A stretch of DNA of 53,657 nucleotides, filler included, from Sphacelaria rigidula (lineage: Eukaryota): the NCBI GenBank assembly GCA_964200075.2. It is 5 parts of 5 records of this genome, joined end to end, with 100 filler letters (N's around TTAATTAATTAA, not from the genome) between each part and the next. Parts side by side here need not be neighbours in the genome. Positions count along the whole stretch, not along the records: positions 1 to 10,652 come from CAXNAA020006140.1; positions 10,753 to 21,404 come from CAXNAA020006141.1; 3 more parts are not named here. One strand, 5' to 3'. How positions within the stretch are numbered: position 1 is the stretch's first letter; each line of letters opens with the position of its first letter. Under the pieces are notes generated by a model. The model made no database searches. It had not been told where the DNA came from and saw only the letters and a program-made list of their open reading frames with translations. Below are positions 1-13,262 of this stretch, piece after piece. The position numbers were made by a program, and so were the translations under genes.

Positions 1-49
1 GAGGGGGGGGGGGGAGGGGAGAGGGGGGAGAGAAAGGAGAGAAAGGGGG

Positions 50-89
<40 letters not shown>
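1..89 (+). repeat. Poly-G/GA tract at contig end
   Basis: Seen directly. Confidence 0.95.
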
Positions 90-90
<1 letters not shown>

Positions 91-342
91 CAAGAAAAAG
101 TTCGGATGGTACGGTTAGACACATGACGGGTCATAGTGGGGAACACGTGTGAATGTCTGTATCCGAAGTGAAGAGAAACAATCCCATTAACACGTGAGAA
201 AATGAAAAACGAATATATAAAATAGTCGGAAATGATACAGGTACAACGAGCGCGTACTGGTTCGTTACTTGCCTCCCAGTCAATCGACGACTGAGCACGG
301 GTACGTGTCAAAAAAGGGGCACTGTTCCCAATCTTATTAGAA

Positions 343-374
343 GGGGGCGTACTCATTTGTTGCTTGCCTCAGTC
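343..374 (-). mobile_element. Very short family-A LINE 3' tail
   Basis: GGGGG-CGTACTCATTTGTTGCTTGCCTCAGTC is the reverse complement of the family-A tail plus C-run. Confidence 0.7.
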
Positions 375-697
375 CCTCCGAGGCGGGGAACCGTTCCTAC
401 TCCCACCAAGAAAAAACCTCCACCAGTTCGGCGCCCATGACGTTTCTTCCATACATTATACATCACGCAAAAACCTTTACCCGTATCATGTCCCATTCCT
501 GACTCGCTGTCCGTCACCACCATTCATATACTACAGCGATCGTTTTTCCGCTACTGTCCCCATGTATCGAAGTCTTGTTCAAGCAACACGGTGTGGTGAA
601 GACTGACTGTGATTAATGGTGAAACAAGAGACGCGGACGACAGGGGAAAAGGGCACACGCGGGGGGGGGCAAAAAATGCTTTTGAGACTTGACTCAC

Positions 698-3600
698 CAG
701 GTCACCACCCTCCACCTTGATCACATCGCCGCGCACGATGTCGGCCGACTCTACGCTGAACAGCTTCCCGTCACGGATGACGTTCACCTGTGCGAGTAAT
801 AAGTCGGTCAGAGCCACCGAGTGGGACAGGGGATCACGCGCGTCCAAACACAAGGGGAAGCTGGAGACTTGAGACACCTCCCTATACAAACTATCGGAAT
901 GCGAGTCGAACGATGCATGAGTTGAAGGAGACATCAACGATTTCAACATTCCGGGTAAGGGCTTTGCACGACCATTCATCTCGGGGAAAAAAAAGAAAAA
1001 AAGAGCACACTTGTCCCACAACAGGTCATATTTTGGACTAATTCGAGACATGTGGGAGACCACGTGAAGAAAATATGAGGAAGCATGTACGCGTACGCAC
1101 ACAAGACACGTATGATTAACCACGGTCACGTGAAAGGGATCGTGGTGAGATACAACAAAAAACAGCGAAAAGCACCTGGGGGAAGCAGTTAAAAAACAGA
1201 ACATGTCGAAAGAAGAGGGAAAAAAATCAAACATTCAACGAAAACCTACTTTGACTGCTAGTGAAATTTTTGTTTACACTGACCTTACGGTACACTATTT
1301 TCCTTGCCGCCAGCAAATACTTCGTTCCACTTATTGATCTCCTCGAAAAACGAATAACCGTACGGCCAACGAAAGATTGAGGGTTCCCGCACGCGCTTAA
1401 TATCGCCGGTAGATTCAAGCCGACCTGCCCTCGGGACTTTTCCTTTTTTCAATGTTTTTGCACCGTTTGCCGTACTTTGATTCCCCGGATCTGAGCGTTG
1501 TCACATTGTAGACCTACCCGATAGTATTCATGTTTGAATACAGGCGGTTAATTCATGTATTCAAACATATATCGTACGGGAGTTTCATTCGCTATTCCGA
1601 GCACAACTCTATCGTGCTTTCCGGGCCACGAGGATATTTTCACTAGGCCGGTCTCCCCACCCGAGCGACCATGGCCTAAACATTACCCCGAATATTCCAG
1701 TATCTTACAGCTCGGGCGTACAAGGAGAAAATTTGTCGAGACATTCGTTCCCCCAGGGTAAACGGCATGCTACTTATATCCCGACGTTCTGTTACCTTCG
1801 GCGGGGACATGCTAGCGAACGAACGCATGAGATCATCGGATTTGGCGTTCTGGAAGTAGGAGAAGCATCCTGTCACAAACACCACGACGGCGAGCACGAT
1901 ACCCAAATACAAGTTCTCCAAGTCCTGCGGGAAACAAAGCAGCACAACATAGTACAGCACCGCACAGCACCGGGCGAATAGAAAAAAAAAGCGGGACGTG
2001 CGCGGATGTCGTCAGTTTGATCCTCGGGACAAGCACGAGGGGGGGGGAAAAAGGTGGACAGCAGGAAGCAACCTGTTTCCTAAAATAAAATGAACACACA
2101 CACACACACAAAGGTTGTTGGTGCATACTGGTGGTATACAGTATGCAGTATATTCGACAAATGATGCGACAACGTTTTTTTACCTTCCATCACTGCATTA
2201 CTGGCGATTCGTTCACATCCAACGTCATTTTGTTCTTGTACGAACGTACGTACGACCTTGAATGGCCTGCTCGTGTCTCGTCAAAACGGTTCCAATTTTC
2301 GATGCGAAACCTATCCAAACGGACGTCGAAAGGGAATACTTGTGCTGCACGGCCAGAGGTTGGGAAAGCCCACGATTCGCGATTATCATGAGAAAGGTTT
2401 ATGGATCGAGACAAACAAGGGTTGGGCTTACAGATGTTTTGGTATAATAACGAGTCCGTTTTTAAAGGTGGATAACCCGGGGCTGTCAGATATAGTTATA
2501 TAAGTGCCGGCGCCGGCACCACCGTTCAATTTTGAAGCTCTTCATGCAAGTCCTCCCACGCCCATCATTACTGCGGACTCGCGACCAAATCCGCGACTCC
2601 TACGCACGAAGCCCATTCCACTACGTTGCAGGTGAACCAACATTAAATCAATAATAATATCTTCGTGTTTCTGTCCCCAAATGGCACCAAATATATATAT
2701 ACGAAATCACACGATCGAGAACACACGCTACAAACGCTGCCATTGCTCGAGATTATGGAGGTACAGCCTCTAGGCCGTCGAAGATTTGTACCGCCATTTA
2801 GGCCGTCGAAGATTTGTACTGCCCGTTGAGCTCAAAAGTGTCCGCTGCACAGTGCATACCCTAGATATGCACCGGAACACCGAGAAAGGAAAGGTAATGC
2901 TGCAGCTACGGTGTTCACACACCATCACAGAGGAAGGTATCGGTTGATTTTGAGAGAGAGTTTGCCCGTCCACCGTTCTTTCAGGCATATGAAAAAGCTC
3001 CCGTTACGTCCTGAAATTCAGGCAAGGGGAGAACTCATTTAATCGTTCGCTTCCCTGTTTTCGGGAATGGGAAAAACATCAGTCCTGGCTCTCGTCACTC
3101 TTGCTTTCGCAAGAAGAACGGGAATTGCCGTCTCGTACAGTCCCGTCGTCTCGGGCAACGGGAAAACTTCCCGCCCGGTCCTGTTTTTTCAGAGACGGGA
3201 AAAGTCCGTCTCGTCCCGCCGTTTTGATGAAAACAGGGAGGAATTCCGGTCTTGTCCCGTCAGGCTTCATAGGGCAATGGAAAAACTTTCCGTCCGATCC
3301 CGTCTATTTCCGGAGACGGGAAAAAAATCCGTCCTGTCCCGCCGCTTCCACGACAATGGGCATTCCCGTCTTGTCCCGTCCCGTTCTCTCGTAAAATAGC
3401 TGTGAATATTTGCATATTGATTTAGATATATTCCCGCTCGGTCTCATCTTTTTCCGGGAACGGGAAGATTTCCGTCTCGTCCCGCCGCTTCCGCGAATAT
3501 ACCGCTACTCATCTCCCGAGCTTGGAATAGAGCGTCAACCCGTATAACCTAGCGAAAAGTCTTGAAGTCACACGATAAAGGCCCATTTCGTTCGTCATAT

Positions 3601-6600
3601 CCTAGTTTCGTATCATCCACGACGATTGTGCCTGGAAAAAAGGGTGAAAACCACTTTGAGGTTGTGGAGGTAGGGGGAATATGAGGGAAAGTTGGATGTT
3701 TGCGTCATGGGGGAGTCTCGAACCTGGCGGAGGGCGAAACCGACGAAGCACAAAACAGCGCCGGCCCACAGGAGCAGGGAGAACTTGTTCCCGAAAAGCT
3801 CTTCGAGGAACTTGATCCACCTGCGAAGGAACAGTTGTTCACGTGTCGAGTACAGAAAGCAGAGCAACGTGATGGAACAGTTACTGTGATTTGCGCAATC
3901 TTTCCGTGGGGTACGTTTCCGACGTCACATACTTCCGGCTCCCCAGACAACGTCCGCCACTGTCGTTTCTCACGACCAACAGCTTCGCTTTACTACACAC
4001 TCAAGACACACTGCATGCGAAGAGTGCAGACAGTACAGACTGTTGTCTGTACTGTACACATACGACCATATCCCGCTTCATGAATTCCAGACCCTATTCT
4101 TTCGATCGGAAGCCTCAAAATTCGCCGGGACCCAGCTCGAATTTTTTTGAGCGAATGCCGGTCAAATCAATCCCACCACCCTTTTTGCCGATCAATAAAT
4201 AAGGTGCCAAGAACGCCCCAAAGCCGTGCGAGTCTTGTAGAGACTTCGAAAAGAAGCGGGAATAGACACAAGCGTCAAGCGTCCGAAAGCAGCATTTTTT
4301 TTGGTCGTCCGGTGAGTACACTGTGGTTACGGCGAGCAATCAACATGCTGCATTCGGAGGAAGATTGGATTTGCAGCGGGACAAAAGTGTTCTTGGTAGC
4401 TGCAAATCGATTCACGCCATTCTACACGAAATTACCAGGAGAGTAGTCCAAAAAACCAGTGTTCGTGCGGTCTAACCTCACGGCAAATGACCCTCGCTCT
4501 CACATGTTCCAATACAAAAAATAGTGCAGTACAGTTCATCATCGCAGCTTAGGCCATCGAAATCGTCTTTGCAATGCATGAAAATACCACAGACGACAGT
4601 GCAAAGACAAGCTCCGGCAAATGAGAGAGTGTGAGCGTGTTTTTGCTGCAGGACGGTCAGTGGAACAGGACATGTAGAATGTGTCTGTCCTTCGCGTGAT
4701 ATCGAACGGGTCCTCGATTTTGGGCGGATGCCGGGGTCGAACGCTCGGCCATAATCGCACATCGAGTTACCCTCATCTGCGTGTGGGGGCTCTGGCGTGA
4801 TTTGCGGGCTGCGCCCACCAATTTGTTGAATACAATATGTCTTGGTACATCTTCAATTTGCACCCTCTGGTGACGATGAAACAAAGGCCGACGCTTTTTG
4901 TGGCACACATTTGCTCCCATCCGCGGCCGAGTAATTACTATGGAACATACTTGAAGCCAGCTAAGAACATGAATGTCTAGCTGAGGCCAGCTGAGAACAT
5001 GAATGTGACGGACGGATCATATCACAAACTGGAAATTTTCTTCCCCAGAAAAAAACGCCTTTTTTTTCTAGAGTTGACTTTTTCGGAAAACGGGATGTTG
5101 TCCTAGAATCTCCTCCACTAGAAGAACTAGTCGTTCCAAGGTGTCGAACTCCGCCTAGCTCTCTTCGGAGGAGTCAGACGACGTGAAAGCTCCAAAAAGG
5201 CACTGTTCAGGATTTAGATTGTTGTCTGTCACAAGGAGCAGCCCAACATAGTTGAAGCCAGCTAAAAAAACGGTGCCCAGACTCGGCCTTAAAAGACACC
5301 TCTTCAGCGTCGAGACATTATACATAAAAAACGGTTCCGCTGATGCGGAAACGATAGTGTCCCCCTGGCGATGGGTGGGGTAGTCGATTGTTCATTCGCA
5401 GTGGAACACATGGCAGAAGTATCAAGACCTTCCCCTGAAGTGCAGAGAGTTGATTACGATACGGTTGCTCCACGCTCATAACGAGGACCGGCAAAAATTC
5501 GTCTTACTAGCGCCTCGCACCGGCGGTGCTCGACGCCACCCGGACACAAATTCACGACGACTCGTGGCAGTATATATTATTATAAAACTCCTCGATTCCG
5601 TGGGTAGGTCATCTGGCACCGCGTTTGGGTCTTCTCGTTATTTTGAACGAAACTGATTCAGGACTCTTCGACCACGAACCGTTCGGGATCTTTCCTGCAG
5701 GAGTAGATGCAAATTGGTGCATCATGTACAGTACTACTGCGGCTTCATGTGTACTGACAGTACCCAATATTACCCGAACCCAGTGATACCCGTATCACCA
5801 CGTGTACTACATACTGTCTGTGCTGCAGTGTGAAAAAAATACAGGAATGAAAAGTTCGAGGAGAGTGTGGCGATTGACTCAGTGGGTAGACGGGGTTCGG
5901 GTAAGACGTGACTCCAGCGTTGAGTTTCGATCGAAGTCTCATATACAACACTCCAACCTGCAGAAACACTGATGATGGACCTACTGAGTATTGCAACCTA
6001 CAAAGAGCGCAGTGACGTCCACCTGTCCAACGGAAACACTAGAGGTTGCTGGGCACCTGTGCTTGCGAGGAGCAGCCCAGGAGCAATAGTGGCGTACATA
6101 CCAGGAGGATCTCGCTGTGGGAGTGGCCGGGTTCGGTAAAGACAAAAGTACAGCGCTCATGCTGCAGGCACCCTGGGTGGGGCAAGTGCAAGAAAATGAC
6201 TCGAGTCATACTCCCGTCACTCGAAAAAACACGAGAGGATGGGTCTGTTCGTCGCGCCACCAGTGAGAACAAAATACGAGGCATGGGGCTCTTGTCACGT
6301 CTCAGCCGGTCGTTACTCTTCATAAGAAATGGATGTCACATACATGAGGCGACCTAGACCGTGCGTGCTCCTACCGAACTGTTTGTGCTGTTGTTGCGGT
6401 CGGGATTGTGTTTTTCAAGACTTTCACCAACTTTGTCGGTAAAAACAATTCTTCCACAATAAATGTGACAGTAGACTAGTTACCCAGGTCAAGCAGTAGA
6501 TATATCTGACTACTCCGAATATTCAGCGTTGGATGTTTCCTTCAACATTTCTCTAACAGTCGGGACAAGAGTCCAATTTCCAGCAGTGCCGAAAAAAAGT

Positions 6601-9210
6601 CCCGTTGATGACCACCCATAGAATATGAGGGACATTGAAGATAGGGCGGCGGAGAAGTAGGGTCAGCAGTGTGGATGTAGGGCGTGTGGACTCAGAAGTT
6701 GTGCAATTTTACAATATATATATATAGATAATTCGAGTGGGAGTGCGACACAATTTTGCTAATCTGTGTGAAACATGCGGCGCGGGGGAGAAAAGAAAAA
6801 GCTCGGCCGAGGGAGTATCGAGACAAGAACAGTTTTAGCACAAGGGAGGATGTGCGAACCTGAAAAAACATAGGTAAGGCCATCTGATGACCCCACCTCT
6901 CACAACACCAACTTGCGGCTTCACAAGACAAAAGAGAGGAAGAGGAGGGATCATCATCACCATCATACAAGAAAGTGCATACATGTGCACACGAACGACC
7001 GCATACAAGCTTGGAATTATAAGAAGACGGACGAGAACGTGGTTGATGTACTGAAGAATCTCTTTCAACCATTCGTGAAACAAATACCATGGTCGTGTTC
7101 ATGCACAAAAATAACGTGCAAAGTACCCTGCGCCCGCCTGCCGTATCTGGAGCGTTTGATACGCCGCACCATGTGTATGACGTCGCAAAACACCACCAAT
7201 CTGTATTTCCCCGCGCCCGACATCCAACTATGCGAAATGCATTCACATCCGATGGGCACAGGAGCGTACAGCCCCTTGCAGAAAACACTTGCCCCAGGAA
7301 CGACGTGTGCTACGATGTTGCATTATTTATCGGAGAGTCAATTCGCGCAAATCACCGCACTAAAGTCATGTAGACTGATGTGCAGTTAGAAGGGGAGCAA
7401 GGTGGGCAGGGATGGCTACAGTAGCACATGCTATCTCTCTTCGTGGAAGTTTAGTTTGGGGTTGCTGTGTGTATGCTGCTACATACACACATACACACAA
7501 CAGTGCATGATCTCATTCGGTTGCTGACCACAAACATGATACCATGCATGTTTGTATCTAGATTATGTGTGACCAACCTTGCACCGACACTAATCATGTG
7601 TAGTGGTGAAATCGACCCTTCATCATAAGAGGCCCAAGGTGGTCCGAGTGTCCAAAGGAACATGTATGTGTTTTGTCTGTAAATCGTGTGGTTGCACTTG
7701 CAAATGTGGGGGAAACACCACGTTCGTTGCCCATTTTACAAACCGCCGTGGATGGAACAGTTGTCGAAACAGGACGAGAAAATCAACGCATTCGCTGCAA
7801 ATGGGTACCCACCAGGGGGTCTCCTTGGGTGGTGTAAGCTGGTTCTTGCCCTCGTCTTGTAGGCGCTTGGCAGCAGCAGCCTGAGTCATACCCTGTTTAT
7901 AGGGATTGGACAAAGAGGTTGCGTACACAGGCACACAAAACACAGGATGAGTGAACGAACACCTTAATCCAGTTGCTCACCAAGTCGTGTTACCGACCAA
8001 GTGACACCAAGAATGAGGTTGTTCTATCAACGGCCCAAGAGCTGCAATGTCGACTTGTTTTGCAGGACACAGATATAACGGCCGTTGGTGGACGTGACTA
8101 CAATAATTACACATTATAAGATGAGACAATATTGTGGGGGGGTGCGTTTGTCAAACGCACAATCGGTGTGCAATGAGAATGATGGAGACACGGCACTACA
8201 GAGCTCACCTACGTCAGTTACACATTGCGCGCGCAGTTGATATTTATAAGTACACGCATGCGATTGAGAAAAAGGATGTTAGCTCTTCGTCTGCAAAAAA
8301 ACAGGAACTAAATATCAGGCAGTTATGATTGATTTGTGACGCCATCAACAACGCCTTCGAAAATGCGCGGACTGGTGGGAGGATGAGAGAGTGCACATAC
8401 ATCAGCAGCAAGGCAGTACACTTGGGGAGGAACATTTGCCTTTGTCCGGACACTATATCTACCCTGCAACGAACTTTTTTCCTCCCCACTTTGCAGTCTT
8501 GTCTGTCTACAGTCTACAGCGCCGGTTTTCGGGGAAGGCAATTCACCGTCATTCTTCGTCTACTACAAGTGTTCAAATCCAGTCAGTTGTCCGTACTTCA
8601 TAAGTACAATACGAAGCTGAACAGTCGAGATCCAAAATCCAACACATGATGGAGCTCGGTAACTCGATCGGGATTCAACCGATTACCAACATCGCAGACA
8701 GCCACGCCAACTGCGCTGCACCCAAGAAGGCTACCGTCAATCGAAGGGTATGATATCCCCCCTGCCGTAAGCACCACCCCTCATCCTCATGTTCCTCAAG
8801 GTCACCAGCTTAGTTTTATGGGACTCGATATAGGCTTTTTTCGCGGAGGCCCGTAAAGACCCCAACACAGACACTTTGGGGTCACCCTTCATGCACATAC
8901 AAAGAGGTGAAACATTTTCTCCACGGAGATTATTTGAAAAGCTCTTGAACGAGTGAGTTAGGTACTGCCTGGATCATGCTACCAGCAGCAGCAGTAATAA
9001 CCGCACCAATGGCGGGAGAGTACACAGGACGGGGGAGGGGAGGGCTTCAAGTGTAACTACATAACGGCTGCTTACCTTGTTGGCATCGGTCCCGAAGCCG
9101 GACAGCAGCTCGCCCAGATCAGTCTTGTGATCATCAGTGGTGTAATTTTGTTTCAAGTCTTTTTTCTCGCTCACCGGCTCCTCCTTCTTGTTGAAGCACG
9201 GCAACCCCAT
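698..9210 (-). CDS. P-type ATPase type IIC (Na+/K+-ATPase alpha-like), 5' five exons, 3'-partial
   Basis: GT-AG exons 9210-9076, 7892-7813, 3820-3724, 1924-1796 and 787-698 join in phase to give [10 protein letters not shown]...[108 protein letters not shown]...[11 protein letters not shown]...[14 protein letters not shown]. These motifs match the N-terminus, TM1-TM2 and A-domain start of Na/K-ATPase alpha subunits. The gene continues beyond the contig end. Confidence 0.93.
3045..3525. repeat. Degenerate short-motif repeat (TCCCGTC/GACGGGAA in both orientations), intronic
   Basis: Many CGGGAAAA, TCCCGTC and GTCCCGCC motifs within ~480 bp. Confidence 0.7.
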
Positions 9211-10652
9211 CTTGCCACTCTGACCGTCTAGCGGAGCAATCCGCAGACGACAACAAAGCTTTATATCTGTGCCCCCCACTACCTGGGAAGCACGGTAGAG
9301 AAGTTTGTGTTTGCGCGCGTGTGCGGCAAACGGGTGTTGGGTGTGTCTGCAGTGGGGACGGCGCAACAGGATTTCGTCGGATTGGTCATTTCGTAGTGAA
9401 ACAGTAAATACCTAAATTATATGTGTAACCGTCGTTGGGCCGTTGTAATACTGGTATATAGCTAAATTATAAACTGTAGAAAATATGATTCCGAGGTATG
9501 TAACCGTCGTTGTAACTGGGAAGTTCGAAAGAACCGTATATCAAAGTACACTAAAGCCAGCTGATAGATATGTCACAATCTCCGAATCATGACGTACTTA
9601 CTCACAGTTTAGACCCTCTCCGCAGTGATGAACCCTTTCAGTCGCTTTACTGCACTGGTGGCCCGTTGTTCCCTGCTTCTGCGCCATGATGCGTGCCTAC
9701 TACTACGGTACTTTTGACTTCGTTGCGCCTCATCGTCTGATCATGTTTTATCATACGGTGCCGAAATATCGTGGGCACCCATATACAATATTACGTACCG
9801 ACCATGATAGATTTCTCAGTGTAGCATGCATCACGCCTACAACAAAAGCAATAACAGTGTGCGCCACAACATGCAGTTGAAACACTGGGTGGGGGAGTTA
9901 AATGCTTCGCCATGAATAATTTCGATGTTCGTGTTGCTCATTGTTATAACATCATTACTACAAAGCAGCTGTAATTATGGTGGGATCATGATAGTATCCC
10001 ACGAGCATGCGGTGTCGACGTGCACAAGTGAAAAGCATAACCATCACGTACAACAATAATTATTATGGACTGCTGACGAGGAGAGTGACTCGTCAAACCT
10101 GATGTTTTTTCATGTATACTGCCTACGACATAGTAGATAATAATAGTGCTATAAAATATGTACCGTACACCGTCAGTAAAGTAGATAGAAGGGTGTGTAA
10201 ATATAAATATATCGAGATTGACAACATAAAGTACACGTACAGTACACAGTACGGTACTCTGTGCTATACTGCACTGCTACTGGCTAGATATAAAATGTCG
10301 ACATTCTCTATAAAACGGAGGTAAATGTACAGATTTTTCGTCGTTCCATCCCCCTGTACAATAACAACCCCCCACCCCACCCCTTCCCCACGTCTCGTAC
10401 CGGAAGTATAAGATGTTGCTGTAATTTCCGAGTCATTCGTCATCGCTACGCGCAGCTGCATCTTTGCGTTCAAAAGTTCTGCACGCGTACACGCTGTTGT
10501 TGCTGTTCTTGGTGACTTGCAACGAAGTTGATGCACGCGTAAATTTTATTTATTACGCGCGTGCCTGTTACCATCATGATGTTACTGTAACTTCGACTGA
10601 CATTCATCCATCCATCAGCCGGTCGCCCCGGTGGCTCAGTTGGTAACCTCGT

Positions 10653-10752
10653 NNNNNNNNNNNNNNNNNNNNNNNNNNNNNNNNNNNNNNNNNNNNTTAA
10701 TTAATTAANNNNNNNNNNNNNNNNNNNNNNNNNNNNNNNNNNNNNNNNNNNN
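10653..10752. other. Artificial contig linker (N-TTAATTAATTAA-N)
   Basis: 100-bp spacer with stops in all six frames. Confidence 0.98.
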
Positions 10753-10833
10753 GCGTGCTCCGTCCCGGCCTTGTAGAGATGCTAGGTCAATGTTCACATT
10801 ACTATGGCATGCATGATCATCAGTACAACCCCT
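10753..10833 (+). mobile_element. Family-B 3' end at contig start
   Basis: GCGTGCTCCGTCCCGGCCTTGTAGAGATGCTAGGTCAATG...GGCATGCATGATCATCAGTACAACCCC. Confidence 0.75.
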
Positions 10834-11199
10834 TGTTCTTTAACCCTCCCCAGGGAGTGCTGATTTTTTTTCATGTGAATCGGCATCATCTTCATTCATT
10901 TTCAAGTCAAAATGATGCCGAGTCACAAAGATTCATAAAGCAAAAATCAGCGCTCTAGTTCCCAAAGGGTTAATCATCAGTTGTTTTATGTTGTGTTTTT
11001 ACTTCAGTCTGTCTGTCTGTCTGTCTGTAGGTTGATCTTTGTGTATCCATGTCTCCTTTTCTTTTGCTTGTCGTGTAAGATGGTTCGTTTCGGTGTGTAT
11101 CTAAATGAAATGGTCACACATTGGGTGGAATTTTCAGTCGCTGTGCTTCTCTATTTCCTTTGCTGTGGTTTCTGTGCGTATGTGTGTGTATTGGAGCAG

Positions 11200-12802
11200 A
11201 TTCGACGAAATGCGGCATGCGGAGCCGGCACGGCGGAAAGGCAAAGGCGTGCGTCGGGCCTTCAAAGCGGTTACATCGGATTCGGCAACTGAGAGTCAGG
11301 GTCACCTCAAGATACTCAACTCGGTGAGCTTTGCTGTTTGTTGTCCTGTGTCATGTTATGCTCTGTATGCCATGATGTGGTATGTATGTTGTGAACATTT
11401 CACGCCCTGGACAATATATGTTTAATAGTTGCAATAGACAAGAAACGTACTGCATACAGTATAGGTCTATTGCAACTATTGACCATATGTTGTCCAGGGT
11501 GTGGAACATTTATTTTCCCTGAACCGGTGGTTCGTGATTTGAGAGTCTAAGAGATCCTCTCCGTCTATTCGTTGCGCTGGTGTACAGTCATGTTCCGTGA
11601 CGTTTTGATGCGCTGGGCGTTTCCGTATACTGAACTTTTTTTTGGTCTGCTCTTTTGTCCGGCAAACCTTGGCTGTATGTTGTGCTGTGTTGTGTTGGAC
11701 GTTTTTTGCTCGTTGCTCTCTTTTTTGTTCCAATATTGAACCAATCATGTAGCCCCACAAGAGAGAATGTTTGATGCGCGATGTTGTTGTGGGGTAATTT
11801 TGAGCCTTTTGACCGCAGAGGTAGGTCATCCGCGCGTCTTACAGTCATGCTTCAATGTGGAAGTGGTACCGATTCATTTGACGGACGACTGACCCCGGTG
11901 ATGGAAGGGTTAAGAAGCTTGATCTCGGGATATGGTCGTGTCGGAACAGTATTCTAAGGTGTCGAGTCAAATACCTCAACGGTAACCTTAGCCTTTACAT
12001 TTTTCTCATCATACCCAACTGTAGGTGACGATATTGATCATATCTGTTTATTATTTATTTCGTTCTTGAGAGAGGAGGAGGGGGGGAGGGGCGTCTGTGA
12101 CACAACCTGACCCGAACCTGTCCAGCAGTACTGCTGAAGGGTGACAGCAACAAATGAAAACACGTCTGCCCCCGGGTAACGTTCTCCGAAAAAGTAAAAA
12201 TCGTATCGGAGCTCTCGTCTCGGATAATTTGAAAGAGAGAGCGGACAGAGTTCGTTCGTTTTACCAGCGGGCTTGAACAGTGTAACGGCCCATCTGTCTT
12301 TTTAGCACACCCCCTGTCTGAGAGATGATCGTTAAAGCAAGCAGCACTGTCTTATTACCCCACGCCGACTACACAATGAGTTCGCGCGCACTCAACGCCC
12401 TTGACGATAATCGGCGTGGTCCAGGAGCATTGTGCTTCTCCAGCACTACCCGTTACCGTACTCCTGACGAGTGGTGGGCAAAATAAATCACACCATCTTT
12501 CTGTGACACCATACCCGCTGTACTTCTGGCCAGCTCAAACTATGTCGTGCGTGCGTTCCGGCCTGTGTGTCCGGTTGGGTTGGGTTGGGTTGGTTCGGCG
12601 GTGGGGCGTGGCGGTTCTCTCTTTGAAGGTGATGATCGGTAAAGCAAAGAGCGCCGACAAGGATGGCGCCGCTCGAAGTGCCAAGCAATCTCTGGCTGCG
12701 TACGACGCCGTGGAGGGGCCTGTGCATGTGGATGCCAAGCGTAAGAAGGGGAGGGGCGCGAGCGGGAAGGCCAAGAAATTCACCAAGAACCGAGCGAAGT
12801 AG
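11200..12802 (+). CDS. Hypothetical basic/Lys-rich protein, last two exons (5'-partial)
   Basis: Exon 11200-11323 (cag| ... |gtgagc) encodes FDEMRHAEPARRKGKGVRRAFKAVTSDSATESQGHLKILNS. It joins in phase 0 to exon 12629-12802 (ctctttgaag|), VMIGKAKSADKDG...KRKKGRGASGKAKKFTKNRAK*. No family recognised. Confidence 0.6.
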
Positions 12803-13188
12803 AGAGAGAGAGAGCGTTGGTAGTTGTGTTATGATAAGTTTTGTTTAGTTTGTGTTCATGCGTCTGTTCGTCCGTGCGTACACATGCGTTTTTTTTCTTC
12901 TGTTTTATCCCGTTTGAGCGCTCATGTGTTCCCATTTTGTTGGAAAATGATTTGTCAGATTTAGGTGTCCCATCTGATGGGGAATGACTTGTTAGATTCA
13001 TGTGTCCATCTGCGGAAAATAAGTCGTCAGGTTCGGGTGTGACGTGTCCGGGCACTCGGCGGAGGCATACATCTCCCCGCGGGATATGTGCAATATATTC
13101 CGAGATCCCCCGATACTCCGTGGAAGAGCTCGTGATTGCTTCGCCTAAAGTAGCGATTGCTTTTCTTGTTTGTTTGGAGAGGGGCGGT

Positions 13189-13262
13189 GGGGGGCATACT
13201 CATTTGTTGCTTACCTTAGTCGTTCGACCATTGACTACGCATCCCTTTCGAGATGGAGCACC
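13189..13262 (-). mobile_element. Family-A LINE 3' tail fragment
   Basis: G6-CATACTCATTTGTTGCTTACCTTAGTCGTTCGACCATTGACTACGCATCCCTTTCGAGATGGAGCACC matches 46137-46210 in reverse complement. Confidence 0.8.

Noticed and set aside
2770-2819. Short tandem duplications (2770-2819 and 4953-5006)
   Set aside because: Ordinary local duplications with no further structure.
6692-7389. 158-198 aa ORFs in ATPase intron 2 as a nested gene
   Set aside because: No recognisable domain or supported splice structure.
9378-9515. CCAAT motif and duplicated GTAACCGTCGTTG upstream of the ATPase as promoter elements
   Set aside because: Plausible position, but too short to support without TSS data.
10617-10833. 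One complete SINE spanning the first gap (tRNA-like head plus B tail)
   Set aside because: The gap is an artificial join between size-sorted contigs. The same applies to the apparent B/A chimera across 21405-21504.
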